Shown here: positions 9,161 to 18,469 of the stretch, piece after piece
Layout of the letters: each line of letters begins with the position of its first letter
Position numbering within the stretch: position 1 is the stretch's first letter
Source of the DNA: a virus
Taxonomy: Duplodnaviria > Caudoviricetes
Strand: one strand, 5' to 3'
DNA: 31,790 bases
IMG/VR virus record: IMGVR_UViG_3300027835_000489
Coordinates: 1-31,790 of that record
Position numbers and translations under genes: made by a program
The notes under the pieces: model-generated
What the model was told of the DNA's origin: nothing
The model's input: only the letters and a program-made list of their open reading frames with translations
Databases searched by the model: none

Positions 9161-11107
9161 TTACTGACCGTTATTTTTATAAAGACCGCGGAAATCTTCG
9201 GCGAATACACCGAAATCAAACACACACTCATACTCGACACCGCTAAGATCACGGTTTTTCTCTGCCACAATCGGACGGCGGTTTGTACCTTGTAGATATC
9301 CGACTTTCAATGTTCGGCGTATAGCTGCCATATACCATGCAGTTGCCGCGAGTTCGGATTCGACGATAACATCAAAAGCATTTCGGAATGGATTTTTTAC
9401 TCCGGCATTTGCTTGTCCGAGTTGAGTTTCACTGGTGATGAGTTGAAGAGCTAATGTCTCTTGCTCGGGAGCAACGATTAGGAATTTAGGTGCGATGCTG
9501 AGGGCTGTCCCTGATTTATCTTTTTGACGACGCAGTAATGTACGAGCGACTGTAAGAGAATCAGTAGATAATGCTGTACCGATAGAGGTATAGTTTGCAT
9601 GAGCAGCATCAAAAATCGCTTTATTATCTGCCATTTTGTAGTTTGAATATTCGCCTTTACCTTGAAGCAGATCATAAACAAGCCCATTTGCTGTTCGTTT
9701 TGCCATCCCACCAAAGTCAAGGATAATGTTATTAAACGCTCCGAGATCATCATTGATCAACATCTCACGGTTAATTTTCAAAGATGCCCCATAGGAATGG
9801 ATACGCCATGATTCTGTAGTCTCAGATGCCTCTTTACTTTTCTTCTCACCGCCCTCGGAAAGTTTGCCTAAACGACCTGCCAATCGATCACGGCTAGCTT
9901 CATTTCGTGTTTTGAAATCAGATACATCTTCAGCAGTGGTCCACATATCGAATGTTCCTGCTTCTTCTTCGTATGCGATAGAGAGGACACGGTTTGCTAC
10001 GTTTCCAAGCAATGTAGGAAAATCGCTCGTGCTCATTGCACGCTTGATCAGTTCATTTTTGTCATATCCGGTATACCCGGTAACCATACGAGCGATTTCG
10101 AGCATAGATGCACCACGGAACTGATCGACATCTTTGTGAGCATCAGCGACACTTAACCCTGCACGCATGATCAGAGAATCACCGATAGCACGCATCAGAT
10201 CAGATTTATTTTGAGTTTCACCGCCGTAAAATACAGAGGTTTCAAGACCGCGTTGAAAATCAACATTAATTTGTGACTGTGTTGCTGCATCGAGCATTGC
10301 ACGCGCCAAATCATCAGCACTTTTTGTTTTGTCATCGATAAACAAACGCTTTACATCATCATCGCTCATAATACCGGGTTTAGCAGTGATGAGATCACGA
10401 ATTCCGGCTACACGTTTGAGTTCCATATTTTCAGCGGACATTACAGATACCATTGTTTGGATCTCTTGATTTTTACGCTCGATGGCGGCACTGTCCGCAC
10501 CTTGTTTTAGTTCTTCGAGTTGGCGTTGTAACGCTTCCAATTGTTCGTTCACGGTTTCCCCTTTATTTTGATTTTCACTTCGACCGATTCCTGCACTAGG
10601 ATCGGCACCGATATCCACTAGCGATGCTTCGTGGAAAGCCCACAGTATTACTTCTACGAGTGGGATATTTCCCTCGCGCTCAGTAACACGTACCTCTTTT
10701 TTAGATCCACCTACTGAAATCTCTGTAAGTGTTTCCTCCTCTACCATTCCCCAAAACATATCCGCATCAGGGTTGGCTCGTGAGAACACCGCCTCAGACC
10801 GAAGCTGTCGGTTAGCAAGTATTACATTCTCTAACTTCCCGAGTGGTAGTTCACCGTATTGTCCATTTCCATGCATCCATCGCAGTTTTGCAGTAGCAGC
10901 TCTAGTAAGGTCTACGTTCTCAGGTCCATGCAATAAAATCTCGTCATAGTATTGACCACTCCACGGGTCATAACGTCGAACTGGTGTTTCAGTAGATATC
11001 AGTAACGTAATACGTCGTTCTTCCGAATTAACCGATCCGGGTTCGATCTGAGCGCGTACAAATTCGACATTTTTAAGTAACTGTTCCGGATCTAATTTTT
11101 TAGGCAT
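9161..11107 (-). CDS. Prohead protease-scaffold-major capsid fusion protein
   Basis: N-terminal prohead protease motifs (ISTETPV, W-M-H, ISVG, EASLVDIGADP), coiled-coil linker, then capsid domain (STSDFPTLL, LINDDLGAF, PKFLIVAP, DFRGLYKN). Confidence 0.9.
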   Translation of the reverse strand: MPKKLDPEQLLKNVEFVRAQIEPGSVNSEERRITLLISTETPVRRYDPWSGQYYDEILLHGPENVDLTRAATAKLRWMHGNGQYGELPLGKLENVILANRQLRSEAVFSRANPDADMFWGMVEEETLTEISVGGSKKEVRVTEREGNIPLVEVILWAFHEASLVDIGADPSAGIGRSENQNKGETVNEQLEALQRQLEELKQGADSAAIERKNQEIQTMVSVMSAENMELKRVAGIRDLITAKPGIMSDDDVKRLFIDDKTKSADDLARAMLDAATQSQINVDFQRGLETSVFYGGETQNKSDLMRAIGDSLIMRAGLSVADAHKDVDQFRGASMLEIARMVTGYTGYDKNELIKRAMSTSDFPTLLGNVANRVLSIAYEEEAGTFDMWTTAEDVSDFKTRNEASRDRLAGRLGKLSEGGEKKSKEASETTESWRIHSYGASLKINREMLINDDLGAFNNIILDFGGMAKRTANGLVYDLLQGKGEYSNYKMADNKAIFDAAHANYTSIGTALSTDSLTVARTLLRRQKDKSGTALSIAPKFLIVAPEQETLALQLITSETQLGQANAGVKNPFRNAFDVIVESELAATAWYMAAIRRTLKVGYLQGTNRRPIVAEKNRDLSGVEYECVFDFGVFAEDFRGLYKNNGQ

Positions 11108-12500
11108 TCGCTTCCTCCTTTGTTAAAATTCCCGCTTTCTTTAGCATCTCATTCTCTTTGACACGATCAGCAATTACATCTTCTAAAACTTTTCCGCGTG
11201 CGGCGGCAATATCAGATAGGTTAGTAAGCCCCATGTCATACTCTTTTTGGATGGCATTTATGTCTTTGAGCGGATCGACCCACTCACGAGCAGGAGCAAT
11301 CCAACGAGGTTGACAAAATTCTGATTTATTGAGAAAATAGGCGGTAACTCCGAGCCCTTGGATATTTCCTGCCATGACATTTGCATCGAGCCAATCTTCA
11401 AATATTGGGTTAAGGACATAAGTGGCTAAGTGCCATTGTTCGTTATTGAACCGTTTATGATCTTGGATAAATGATGCACGTGCGCTAGAGAAATTGACCT
11501 GAGAGTAATCTCGGAATGCAAGCTCATAACTGACCTTACGGGCAACAGCGATAAGCCGAACGCATGATCGGACGAACTCACCGTATTCGGTACCCTTGAT
11601 CGTTGGGTCGTACTGGTGCATTTTTTCACCGCTGTTCAGGTAGTGAACCATTACACCGTTGATATCGTAGATCGGGTCGAGTTGTTCATCATCTTTTTTT
11701 AGTAATCCGGCTATGTGCCCTTGTACATTCGGCGTCTCGATAGCATAAGCGACACTCGCGCGAGCCCGTGCAGATTTTAGTGTGGAGGTTTGATATCCGG
11801 CGAAGTTGCGAAGATCGACAATCGCCTGTTTGTATTCGGATAATCCCCGATACTGAGTGGCACGATTGTCCATTCTAAAATAATGGATAACCTCAGATGC
11901 AGGAACTTTTACTGAGCTCATAAGTCCATTTCTGAAAACGTAGTTTTGAGGAGCGCCTAATGTATCGAGTTCGATCCCATCAACGCTGCTTAGAACATTT
12001 GAATTATCTACTCGGACTTTATACGAGACATCAAACCGATCTGCCTCGATAAGTTGAATCTGGAAAGGATTGCTTTTTTTGCCGGTCAGGTGTTTTTTAA
12101 TAACGATCTCACCGTCACACATACGTTGAGATAGAATAAGTGACTGTATATCCCCAAAATGCTGACGGCGGGTAACATCGCAGTTATTAGGCTTGATAAA
12201 CTCAGCCCATAACGTCTCAATCTGTTTATCGATATTGTCATTACCTGTTTTTGATTGGAAAGTAAATCCATTCCCGACACTATTACGAACGATAGTCGCA
12301 TCAATGTTTGCCATGATCGCATTGTTCTCATGGAGCCATCTTGCACGAGCGCGCATCGTGTCACGGTCAGGCGAAGCGGTATTTTCAAAATCGCTGTTAG
12401 CATTCCAAAAATCTTGATTGTTTCCGGTACGTTTCCCACCCTCATAAAATCCGCGATTAATTTTCCCGCGGGAAAATGGATTTTTAAGAAAACTGAACAT
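11100..12500 (-). CDS. Lambda-family portal protein
   Basis: 'MRARARWL', 'DGE', 'QLIEADR', 'QYRGLS', 'DYSQVNFSSARAS', 'WVDPLKD' lambda gpB-type motifs. Confidence 0.95.
   Translation of the reverse strand: MFSFLKNPFSRGKINRGFYEGGKRTGNNQDFWNANSDFENTASPDRDTMRARARWLHENNAIMANIDATIVRNSVGNGFTFQSKTGNDNIDKQIETLWAEFIKPNNCDVTRRQHFGDIQSLILSQRMCDGEIVIKKHLTGKKSNPFQIQLIEADRFDVSYKVRVDNSNVLSSVDGIELDTLGAPQNYVFRNGLMSSVKVPASEVIHYFRMDNRATQYRGLSEYKQAIVDLRNFAGYQTSTLKSARARASVAYAIETPNVQGHIAGLLKKDDEQLDPIYDINGVMVHYLNSGEKMHQYDPTIKGTEYGEFVRSCVRLIAVARKVSYELAFRDYSQVNFSSARASFIQDHKRFNNEQWHLATYVLNPIFEDWLDANVMAGNIQGLGVTAYFLNKSEFCQPRWIAPAREWVDPLKDINAIQKEYDMGLTNLSDIAAARGKVLEDVIADRVKENEMLKKAGILTKEEANA
12460..12477. repeat. Palindrome copy 1, ATTTTCCCGCGGGAAAAT (putative parS)
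   Basis: Perfect 18-bp palindrome inside the 5' end of the portal gene; one of five copies. Confidence 0.7.
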
Positions 12501-12720
12501 GAGCTCTCGTTTTCATGGGGGTTGAATTTTGTCCGGGGGAATAGTTGCGTCCGAATATTTCAATCTTAGAAATTAGGGACTCTTCTCGTTTATAGAGTGT
12601 AGAAAGGTCTGCACGTGTAAGCTCACGCCCATCGAATTTATAGCTCTGTGAGCTTTCGACTGCGGTGATAGCAGTTTGAACAGCGTCAAGTTGTTGCCCG
12701 AGTGTTTGTGCCAAAACCAA
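12484..12720 (-). CDS. Head-tail adaptor (lambda gpW-like)
   Basis: 'QLDAVQTAITAV..SQSYKFDGRELTRADLSTL'; lies between terminase and portal; start may be TTG at 12714. Confidence 0.85.
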   Translation of the reverse strand: MVLAQTLGQQLDAVQTAITAVESSQSYKFDGRELTRADLSTLYKREESLISKIEIFGRNYSPGQNSTPMKTRAHVQFS

Positions 12721-12866
12721 ACCTTTCTAAAAGTATGGTGGCAGTTTAGGAAAATCGAAAAAAAAGGTTTATGTCTGATTTTTTTAACCTAAACTTTTTT
12801 TATTTTTTATGCTACTCGTTTAAAAGTTCGCAAAATAGGGGTCAAAAGTTTAGTTTTTTAGAAAAG

Positions 12867-13073
12867 TTAGCTGATTTGTTCAGAAATATCGGGGTAAAGT
12901 TCGGATAAATTTTGTAAAGTTTGCTCATAAAGTCCTTTTTCTTTCATCAAAAGTTCGATTGCGATACCGATTGCTACCCCTTTTTTCTCCATTATGTGAT
13001 CAATAACGCGCATTGTTCTGATTTCAACGGACGGTTTACTCTTAATATTTTCTCTTCTATCCCAAAAACTCAT
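12867..13073 (-). CDS. Small hypothetical protein, possibly a ribbon-helix-helix transcription regulator
   Basis: 68 aa with GGGG SD; strand-helix-G-helix pattern 'SVEIRTMRVIDHIMEKKGVAIGIAIELLM'. Confidence 0.45.
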   Translation of the reverse strand: MSFWDRRENIKSKPSVEIRTMRVIDHIMEKKGVAIGIAIELLMKEKGLYEQTLQNLSELYPDISEQIS

Positions 13074-13082
13074 TATTTCCCC

Positions 13083-14942
13083 CTAATAGTTTGATTCATC
13101 GTCATCATGACGCGGTGCAGGACGCTCACGGCGTTGTTGCCGTGATACTGTTTCTATCGGCTCACTCGGTAAAAACCGTATCCCTAATAATTCCCCTAAA
13201 AATGTGGTATATGTACCATCGTCCCATAGATGGTTATCCGCTTTTTCAGTGACTTTACGCCATTCGCTTTTTTCAACTCCTGTTTTTGGATTCGATTCGA
13301 CATGCTTATATTCACTTGTCATCTGTTTTACATACAGATCATCCGTACCGCTATGAAGAGTCATGAGATTATTTTGTGCTGTTTCTCCGTTGGCTACAGC
13401 AGCTATAGATCGTTTGATCTTTGCATCTAGAATGTCTTTGTAGTACTCGGTATCGAGCTTATATAGTTTCAATCCGGTAGCTACCGGACGCCCGTTTATA
13501 TCTTTGTCAATATTGCTCACGGTGTACGGCGTACTCATCCGCTGACTCGCACCCTTTACCGGAATACAGACATCAGAGTTCATCGCGCAGAATTCATAGA
13601 CTTCATCCGCCAAATATCCTGAATCCACAGCACAGATACGAACCATATGCCCTACTCCTGAAACATCATAATACGGTGTTCGCATGATCAGCTCGACATC
13701 TGCCCATGTCTCAGCACGCCCATAACGTACCAAATGTGATCCATTACCATACATAAACGCTACTATTTTGAACCAAAAATGATCTTTTTGTACGTCAACC
13801 GCCATGACAACAGCAGCGGTTTTGGTAGGGATTTTCCCCTCTTCTAGATCGATTTTAAGAGATAGAATATCCTCCGGTTGATTCTTCTCTATCTTATCTT
13901 CCCACGGCTTACCGAGTACCGTATTGGTAAACACTTTTAGCTTTAGCTCATCATCTTTACTATCAAGATATTCCTGAACAATGTGGTGCCATCGATAGTT
14001 TGGATCATGGGCATAGGCTGACCATATATGAAATGAAGCATGACCATTAAACGGACGTTCTGCTCTCCATTCCCCTTTTTCATCCATTGATAGCTTTTGG
14101 TTCTCTTCTATTGGTTCTAAGCACGCCACACATTCTAATACGACAGATTCTTTGATAAGCATCCCATTATCATTAATCTGATATCTAAAATTCTCAAATT
14201 CAATCATTTGTTCATGACCGCAATGCGGACAAGGTAAAAATCTACGGCGACCATCACCACTATTAACACTTTTATGAATTTTTGATATTTTCAAAAGTGT
14301 AGGTGTACCGCCTAAAATATTTTTTCTATTCCAAAATCCTTGAGAACGTTTTTGGAATAATGATACAGGGTCTCCTTCCTTTCCTGCTTCAAATTCCCAT
14401 CCGTCTATCTCATCCCCCATTGTTACCCTATTGGTTCTCCGTCTAAAGTTACGTGGAGAATGTGCCCCTATCCCCTCCCATATTCCTCCGGGATACATTT
14501 TCTTAACAGTTTTTTCGCGCTTATTACGTCCTCTATTATTATGGGTATTCACTCTTTCTCGTATAACGTCGTTATCACGTATCATAGGCTCAAATTCATC
14601 CTCTGCATACCCTATGATATCTCCATCAGTTGGTTGGGCGTGGAGTATTGAGCATGGGTCCTGATGGATAAAATACCCTTGAGTTATATTGAGCATTTTT
14701 GTGTATCCTACACGTGCCGATTTTTCAACTGACACGAAAGGAGTAGTGGTATTGGTCATCTCATCAAGTATCTCTTTTTGCCACGGGTCCGTTTTCCACT
14801 TTCCGGGGCGAGCACTTGACTCTGGAGAGAGGTAAAAATATTCATCAGCCCACTCGCTACCGCTCAAAATTGGCTTTGGTTTAAATAGCATTAAACCAAA
14901 CGCTGCAAGCTCTAGCTGACGTGGGCTCATAATCATAGTCAT
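13083..14942 (-). CDS. Terminase large subunit (lambda gpA family)
   Basis: Walker A 'KSARVGYTK', Walker B 'MGDEID', 'GTPT', 'PCPHCG', 'VFTNTVLGKPW', 'AVDVQ', 'VDSG', 'NHLWD'. Confidence 0.97.
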   Translation of the reverse strand: MTMIMSPRQLELAAFGLMLFKPKPILSGSEWADEYFYLSPESSARPGKWKTDPWQKEILDEMTNTTTPFVSVEKSARVGYTKMLNITQGYFIHQDPCSILHAQPTDGDIIGYAEDEFEPMIRDNDVIRERVNTHNNRGRNKREKTVKKMYPGGIWEGIGAHSPRNFRRRTNRVTMGDEIDGWEFEAGKEGDPVSLFQKRSQGFWNRKNILGGTPTLLKISKIHKSVNSGDGRRRFLPCPHCGHEQMIEFENFRYQINDNGMLIKESVVLECVACLEPIEENQKLSMDEKGEWRAERPFNGHASFHIWSAYAHDPNYRWHHIVQEYLDSKDDELKLKVFTNTVLGKPWEDKIEKNQPEDILSLKIDLEEGKIPTKTAAVVMAVDVQKDHFWFKIVAFMYGNGSHLVRYGRAETWADVELIMRTPYYDVSGVGHMVRICAVDSGYLADEVYEFCAMNSDVCIPVKGASQRMSTPYTVSNIDKDINGRPVATGLKLYKLDTEYYKDILDAKIKRSIAAVANGETAQNNLMTLHSGTDDLYVKQMTSEYKHVESNPKTGVEKSEWRKVTEKADNHLWDDGTYTTFLGELLGIRFLPSEPIETVSRQQRRERPAPRHDDDESNY

Positions 14943-15637
14943 AGAAGCTCTTTTCCGCTGTTATGAAGCTCTTCTTTGAGGTGATTGATATGATCAATCA
15001 ACCAACGGTATTGTCTGTCAGGGAAGTCACTAAAATTGGCTCTCATCTTATGAGGTATTTCATCAAGTTTAGTATTGATCGGAGAGATCATAAATTCTAT
15101 AACACCGGCTACCTCATTTTTTGGAATGAGTATTTTTTTCATCTGTTCGACTTCAGCTTTTGCTTTTTCACCAAGCCAATACTCTTTTGCAATCTTGACG
15201 TCATTTAATTTCATGCTCCCAAGATTTTTTTCTTCATGATCAACGGTATCTTTTGCTCCGGCTGCTAAAGCGGCCTCTCTAGCCTTACGAGCCTCCTCAA
15301 TCTCTCTCTTACATTCAAGGTCATAAGCCTCACGCTCTTCATCGTCCATATCGGCAATGCTCTTATAGGTTCCTGCTGCAGCAAATAAATCTACACTCTC
15401 TGTTCTCTTTTGCTCATTTGCTTCTCTCTGCGCGTCACGTGTTGGATCCTGAGATGATTTTATGGCCTCTAGCACTTCATTGTATAGGTAAAACTTTTTA
15501 GGGCTTGGAGGCTTTGTATGATGTGGTATTTTCCCATCACTCGACATTTGGGAAAAATATCCTTTTGTATAAACGATTCCATCGACAGCAAGTTTTTCCA
15601 AACATTTTGAAGCTGTGATCAAATCAATTTTAGACAT
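14939..15637 (-). CDS. Terminase small subunit (Nu1-like position)
   Basis: Between cos and terL with ATGA overlap; N-terminal wHTH-like region and coiled coil; 'AKEYWLGEKAKAEV...LIPK.EV' pattern. Confidence 0.8.
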   Translation of the reverse strand: MSKIDLITASKCLEKLAVDGIVYTKGYFSQMSSDGKIPHHTKPPSPKKFYLYNEVLEAIKSSQDPTRDAQREANEQKRTESVDLFAAAGTYKSIADMDDEEREAYDLECKREIEEARKAREAALAAGAKDTVDHEEKNLGSMKLNDVKIAKEYWLGEKAKAEVEQMKKILIPKNEVAGVIEFMISPINTKLDEIPHKMRANFSDFPDRQYRWLIDHINHLKEELHNSGKELL

Positions 15638-15720
15638 ATATCACCATCCCATAGTTTGTTTGGTAAACATTCCATTACTGGAAAGTTTAGGAAGTTCAGG
15701 ACTTGAAAAATAGTGAGTTT

Positions 15721-15766
15721 CCGCGAGTCTTAAGCCCCGCACGGGGGCATGTATGCCGGAGGACCC
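15721..15766 (-). other. Lambda-like cos site (cosQ GGGTCCT + cosN with predicted 12-nt end GGGCTTAAGACT)
   Basis: Minus strand GGGTCCT-N20-CG|GGGCTTAAGACT|CGCGG versus lambda GGGTCCT-N21-CG|GGGCGGCGACCT|CGCGG; directly upstream of terS. Confidence 0.85.
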
Positions 15767-15768
15767 AT

Positions 15769-16365
15769 TCATTTTAATGACTCTTTACTCATATAGAATG
15801 CTAGGTTACGCTTCAAAACATCCGCTGCTCTGGATGTCACATTCTCTTGAATGATAGGCAACCCTGCTTTCTCAAACATACCTATTGGTCCAACAGTATT
15901 CAGGCGCACGATCTTATCGTTTCCATTTGATGACTTAACTCCGCGTACTCGTTCAAAGATACCGATGTTTCCATTCTTACCTATCATCACAAAGGCATGT
16001 CTTAAGGTATGTGATCCACCACTCTTAATGATCTTTACTTTGACTTTGCTCTTACTGTTTTTATTTTTACGAGTGAGTGAACTTTGGATACTGCCCTTAT
16101 TTATAAAGTTGAATAAAGATACATAAGACTTAGATCGTATAGATACTGATACCTCTAATCCATCCTTTGATACAACTCTATTGTTAATATAACGCTTTAA
16201 CTGTGATGATTTGAGATTGTACGTTTTGGTAACCTCTCTCTGCCCGGCATTGATACCGCTCGTCATTACTTCTTTAAGTGTACGGTTAAGTGCTTTCTTT
16301 GCCACGGATGGGTTTACTGCTCTGAGCAGGGCATCAGCTCCAGTCATATCAACTTTGACAATCAT
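15769..16365 (-). CDS. Minor tail/tail completion protein (lambda gpZ-like)
   Basis: Basic 198 aa; 'KKALNRTL...YNLK', 'LRHAFV..GKNG.IGIFER...IVRL..GPI.MF' gpZ pattern. Confidence 0.75.
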   Translation of the reverse strand: MIVKVDMTGADALLRAVNPSVAKKALNRTLKEVMTSGINAGQREVTKTYNLKSSQLKRYINNRVVSKDGLEVSVSIRSKSYVSLFNFINKGSIQSSLTRKNKNSKSKVKVKIIKSGGSHTLRHAFVMIGKNGNIGIFERVRGVKSSNGNDKIVRLNTVGPIGMFEKAGLPIIQENVTSRAADVLKRNLAFYMSKESLK

Positions 16366-17198
16366 GCAGCCCTCCCAACCGGTTTGATAAACTCTAATGC
16401 CCCAACCTTGAATAACTCAACCAATCTCTCAGGAGTCAATACTATTACTCGGTTACTTCCATTCTCAATGATACGCTGGTTAATTCGATCATACTCACCG
16501 ATTATGTCTTGATCCCCGTGACGTACTTTGATCATCTTAGGAATGTATGAGAGATAGGTTTCGTTCTTTAGGAAATTTGCAAGGTTATAATGCTTAACAC
16601 CGACTAATGGATCGTGAAGATATTGGACAGCAGATAGGATTAGTATCGATGGATTCATTTCGGTCCGGGTGAACTGCTCAAATGCGTCCTCTTTTTTACC
16701 GACGAACTTGGTGTTCTGTGAGTAAATGAAAAAGAGTTCCTGAAACGCACCATCATTCCACCATTCTCTACGAAGTTCCCGCGCGGTATTATCATCATAT
16801 AGATTAAAGACTTCCCTCGGTTGGCTTTGCTCGTTTTGCTCGGTAGATTCTTTATAAGTGCCTGAATTGCGAGGTTTATCAATGCTCGTTTTGCTCGGTG
16901 TTCTTTGCTCGTTTTGCTCGGTTGAAAATACGGCGTGGCTATAGTGTTGCTGATTTTTTAGGAACAAATGATCGATGTATAAATCCATTTCGACTTTAAA
17001 CTCTTTGATCCACTCATGAGAAGTACTGCGAGATACATCCCATGACTTCGCATAGAAAGATTCGCTATTATGATCTCCGTGCTCCATATCATCCCAAAAT
17101 TCCATAAACGCGCGTGCTTTTTTACGGCCTGCTACACCGCGCTCACGCTTGAGCTGCTGAATAAAGTCGGTTGGATAGCTCTTATAATTCATTCTCAT
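16362..17198 (-). CDS. Putative replication initiator (lambda O-like organisation)
   Basis: N-terminal HTH (SFYAKSWDVSRSTSHEWIKEF), low-complexity linker holding three 17-bp direct repeats, C-terminal 'K.KEDAFEQF...ANFLKNE'; adjacent to the helicase. Confidence 0.7.
   Translation of the reverse strand: MRMNYKSYPTDFIQQLKRERGVAGRKKARAFMEFWDDMEHGDHNSESFYAKSWDVSRSTSHEWIKEFKVEMDLYIDHLFLKNQQHYSHAVFSTEQNEQRTPSKTSIDKPRNSGTYKESTEQNEQSQPREVFNLYDDNTARELRREWWNDGAFQELFFIYSQNTKFVGKKEDAFEQFTRTEMNPSILILSAVQYLHDPLVGVKHYNLANFLKNETYLSYIPKMIKVRHGDQDIIGEYDRINQRIIENGSNRVIVLTPERLVELFKVGALEFIKPVGRAA
16828..16922. repeat. Three 17-bp direct repeats TGCTCGTTTTGCTCGGT (putative ori iterons)
   Basis: Exact copies at 16828-16844, 16883-16899 and 16906-16922. 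Confidence 0.85.
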
Positions 17199-18469
17199 AG
17201 GACTACTATCTCTATTTTCTCATTGTTATCTAGCAGTCCTGCATCACCTGATACGCGATCCGTATACGATGTTGGCATTTTGTACTCAATAATATTTGTG
17301 CTGATGCTGTCAAACTTCAGCTCTTTATCATTGAACCAAAGCTTAACCGGGTGGTGCAATACTTCCTGACGATTCTTCATGCACGTTATCTCAATCCCAC
17401 CATCAGTCTTAGTAAGCATAAGCTGCATATCTGCCTCATAATCAGATAACACTGATCCATAACTTCCCATCTTTCCATTTTTAAGTTCATCCCTAGAACC
17501 CTGTACGATCATCATCAGTACAATTCCGGTCTCCTGAACTACTGCGCTGAGGATTGAATCAATATCCCCTTTCTTCTCAGCATCATTATTACCCTTGTAG
17601 CTTCGATGGTTAAGCTTCATCTTTGAATCGAGCAATACGAATCGTATACCGTGCTTACGCCACATCGTACGGATCATCCGTGCAACGTCTACTACATCTC
17701 GGCTTTTCATCATGTTTGTATCAATAATGCGATATCGCTTCAGATTGCTTTTTCCAGTCATACGCTCCGTATATTTCGCCATCTTCCATTTGGGCATCTC
17801 GAAGCTGAAAAAGAGCGTGTCGTGCGCTACCGATGTATTGAAAAGGATTTGTTTTAGCAGGGTAGTTTTACCTACGTTTCGCTCTCCTCCGATATGAATA
17901 AGCTGTGCCGGTTCAAAACCTCCACATAGAAGTTCATCGAGTTTATCAACTCCAGTCTTGATAGGCTCAGGAATGACCATACTATGATATTCTTCGATCG
18001 CTTTTTCCATAGTGATTGGCATTACCATTCCACTTTTAGTTTTTGCATCAACTAGCTCTAGGTCAAGCATAGCTTCAATATCATCTGCACTGCTATTCTC
18101 CTCAAAAATCATACTTTTAATTTTAATAGTCAATGAGAGTAATTTTCGTTTACGGGCAAACTCAGTGAGTTCGTTAATATAAGGTTTTATGTTTGACATA
18201 CTTGTAGTAGTTAGTATTTCTACTAATACACGTTCGTCAAATTTACCTATTGATATAAGATGCTTTTGGATGAAACTCTCTTCGATCGGTAGACCACTAT
18301 TATGTAATTTAATTACTGCAGAACAAATCTCTTTATGCGCTGCAAGAAAAAACAAATCATCATCTAGCTGTCCGACTATGTCATCAATTTCATTTGGATC
18401 GTATGTGAATAGTACAGATGATAAAACAGAACGTTCAAAAGCAAGGTTATATAAAAGTTCTTCCATCAT
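17195..18469 (-). CDS. Divergent DnaB-like replicative helicase
   Basis: DnaB N-domain (ERSVLSSVL, F...AHKEI), 'IKTGVDKLDELLCGGF', Walker A 'GERNVGKT', 'FFSFEM', 'KNR'. Confidence 0.85.
   Translation of the reverse strand: MMEELLYNLAFERSVLSSVLFTYDPNEIDDIVGQLDDDLFFLAAHKEICSAVIKLHNSGLPIEESFIQKHLISIGKFDERVLVEILTTTSMSNIKPYINELTEFARKRKLLSLTIKIKSMIFEENSSADDIEAMLDLELVDAKTKSGMVMPITMEKAIEEYHSMVIPEPIKTGVDKLDELLCGGFEPAQLIHIGGERNVGKTTLLKQILFNTSVAHDTLFFSFEMPKWKMAKYTERMTGKSNLKRYRIIDTNMMKSRDVVDVARMIRTMWRKHGIRFVLLDSKMKLNHRSYKGNNDAEKKGDIDSILSAVVQETGIVLMMIVQGSRDELKNGKMGSYGSVLSDYEADMQLMLTKTDGGIEITCMKNRQEVLHHPVKLWFNDKELKFDSISTNIIEYKMPTSYTDRVSGDAGLLDNNEKIEIVVL

Noticed and set aside
16828-16922. Direct repeats as a mini CRISPR array
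   Set aside because: Repeats are 17 bp with unequal gaps (38 and 6 bp), lie inside a CDS, and no cas genes are present; iterons fit better.
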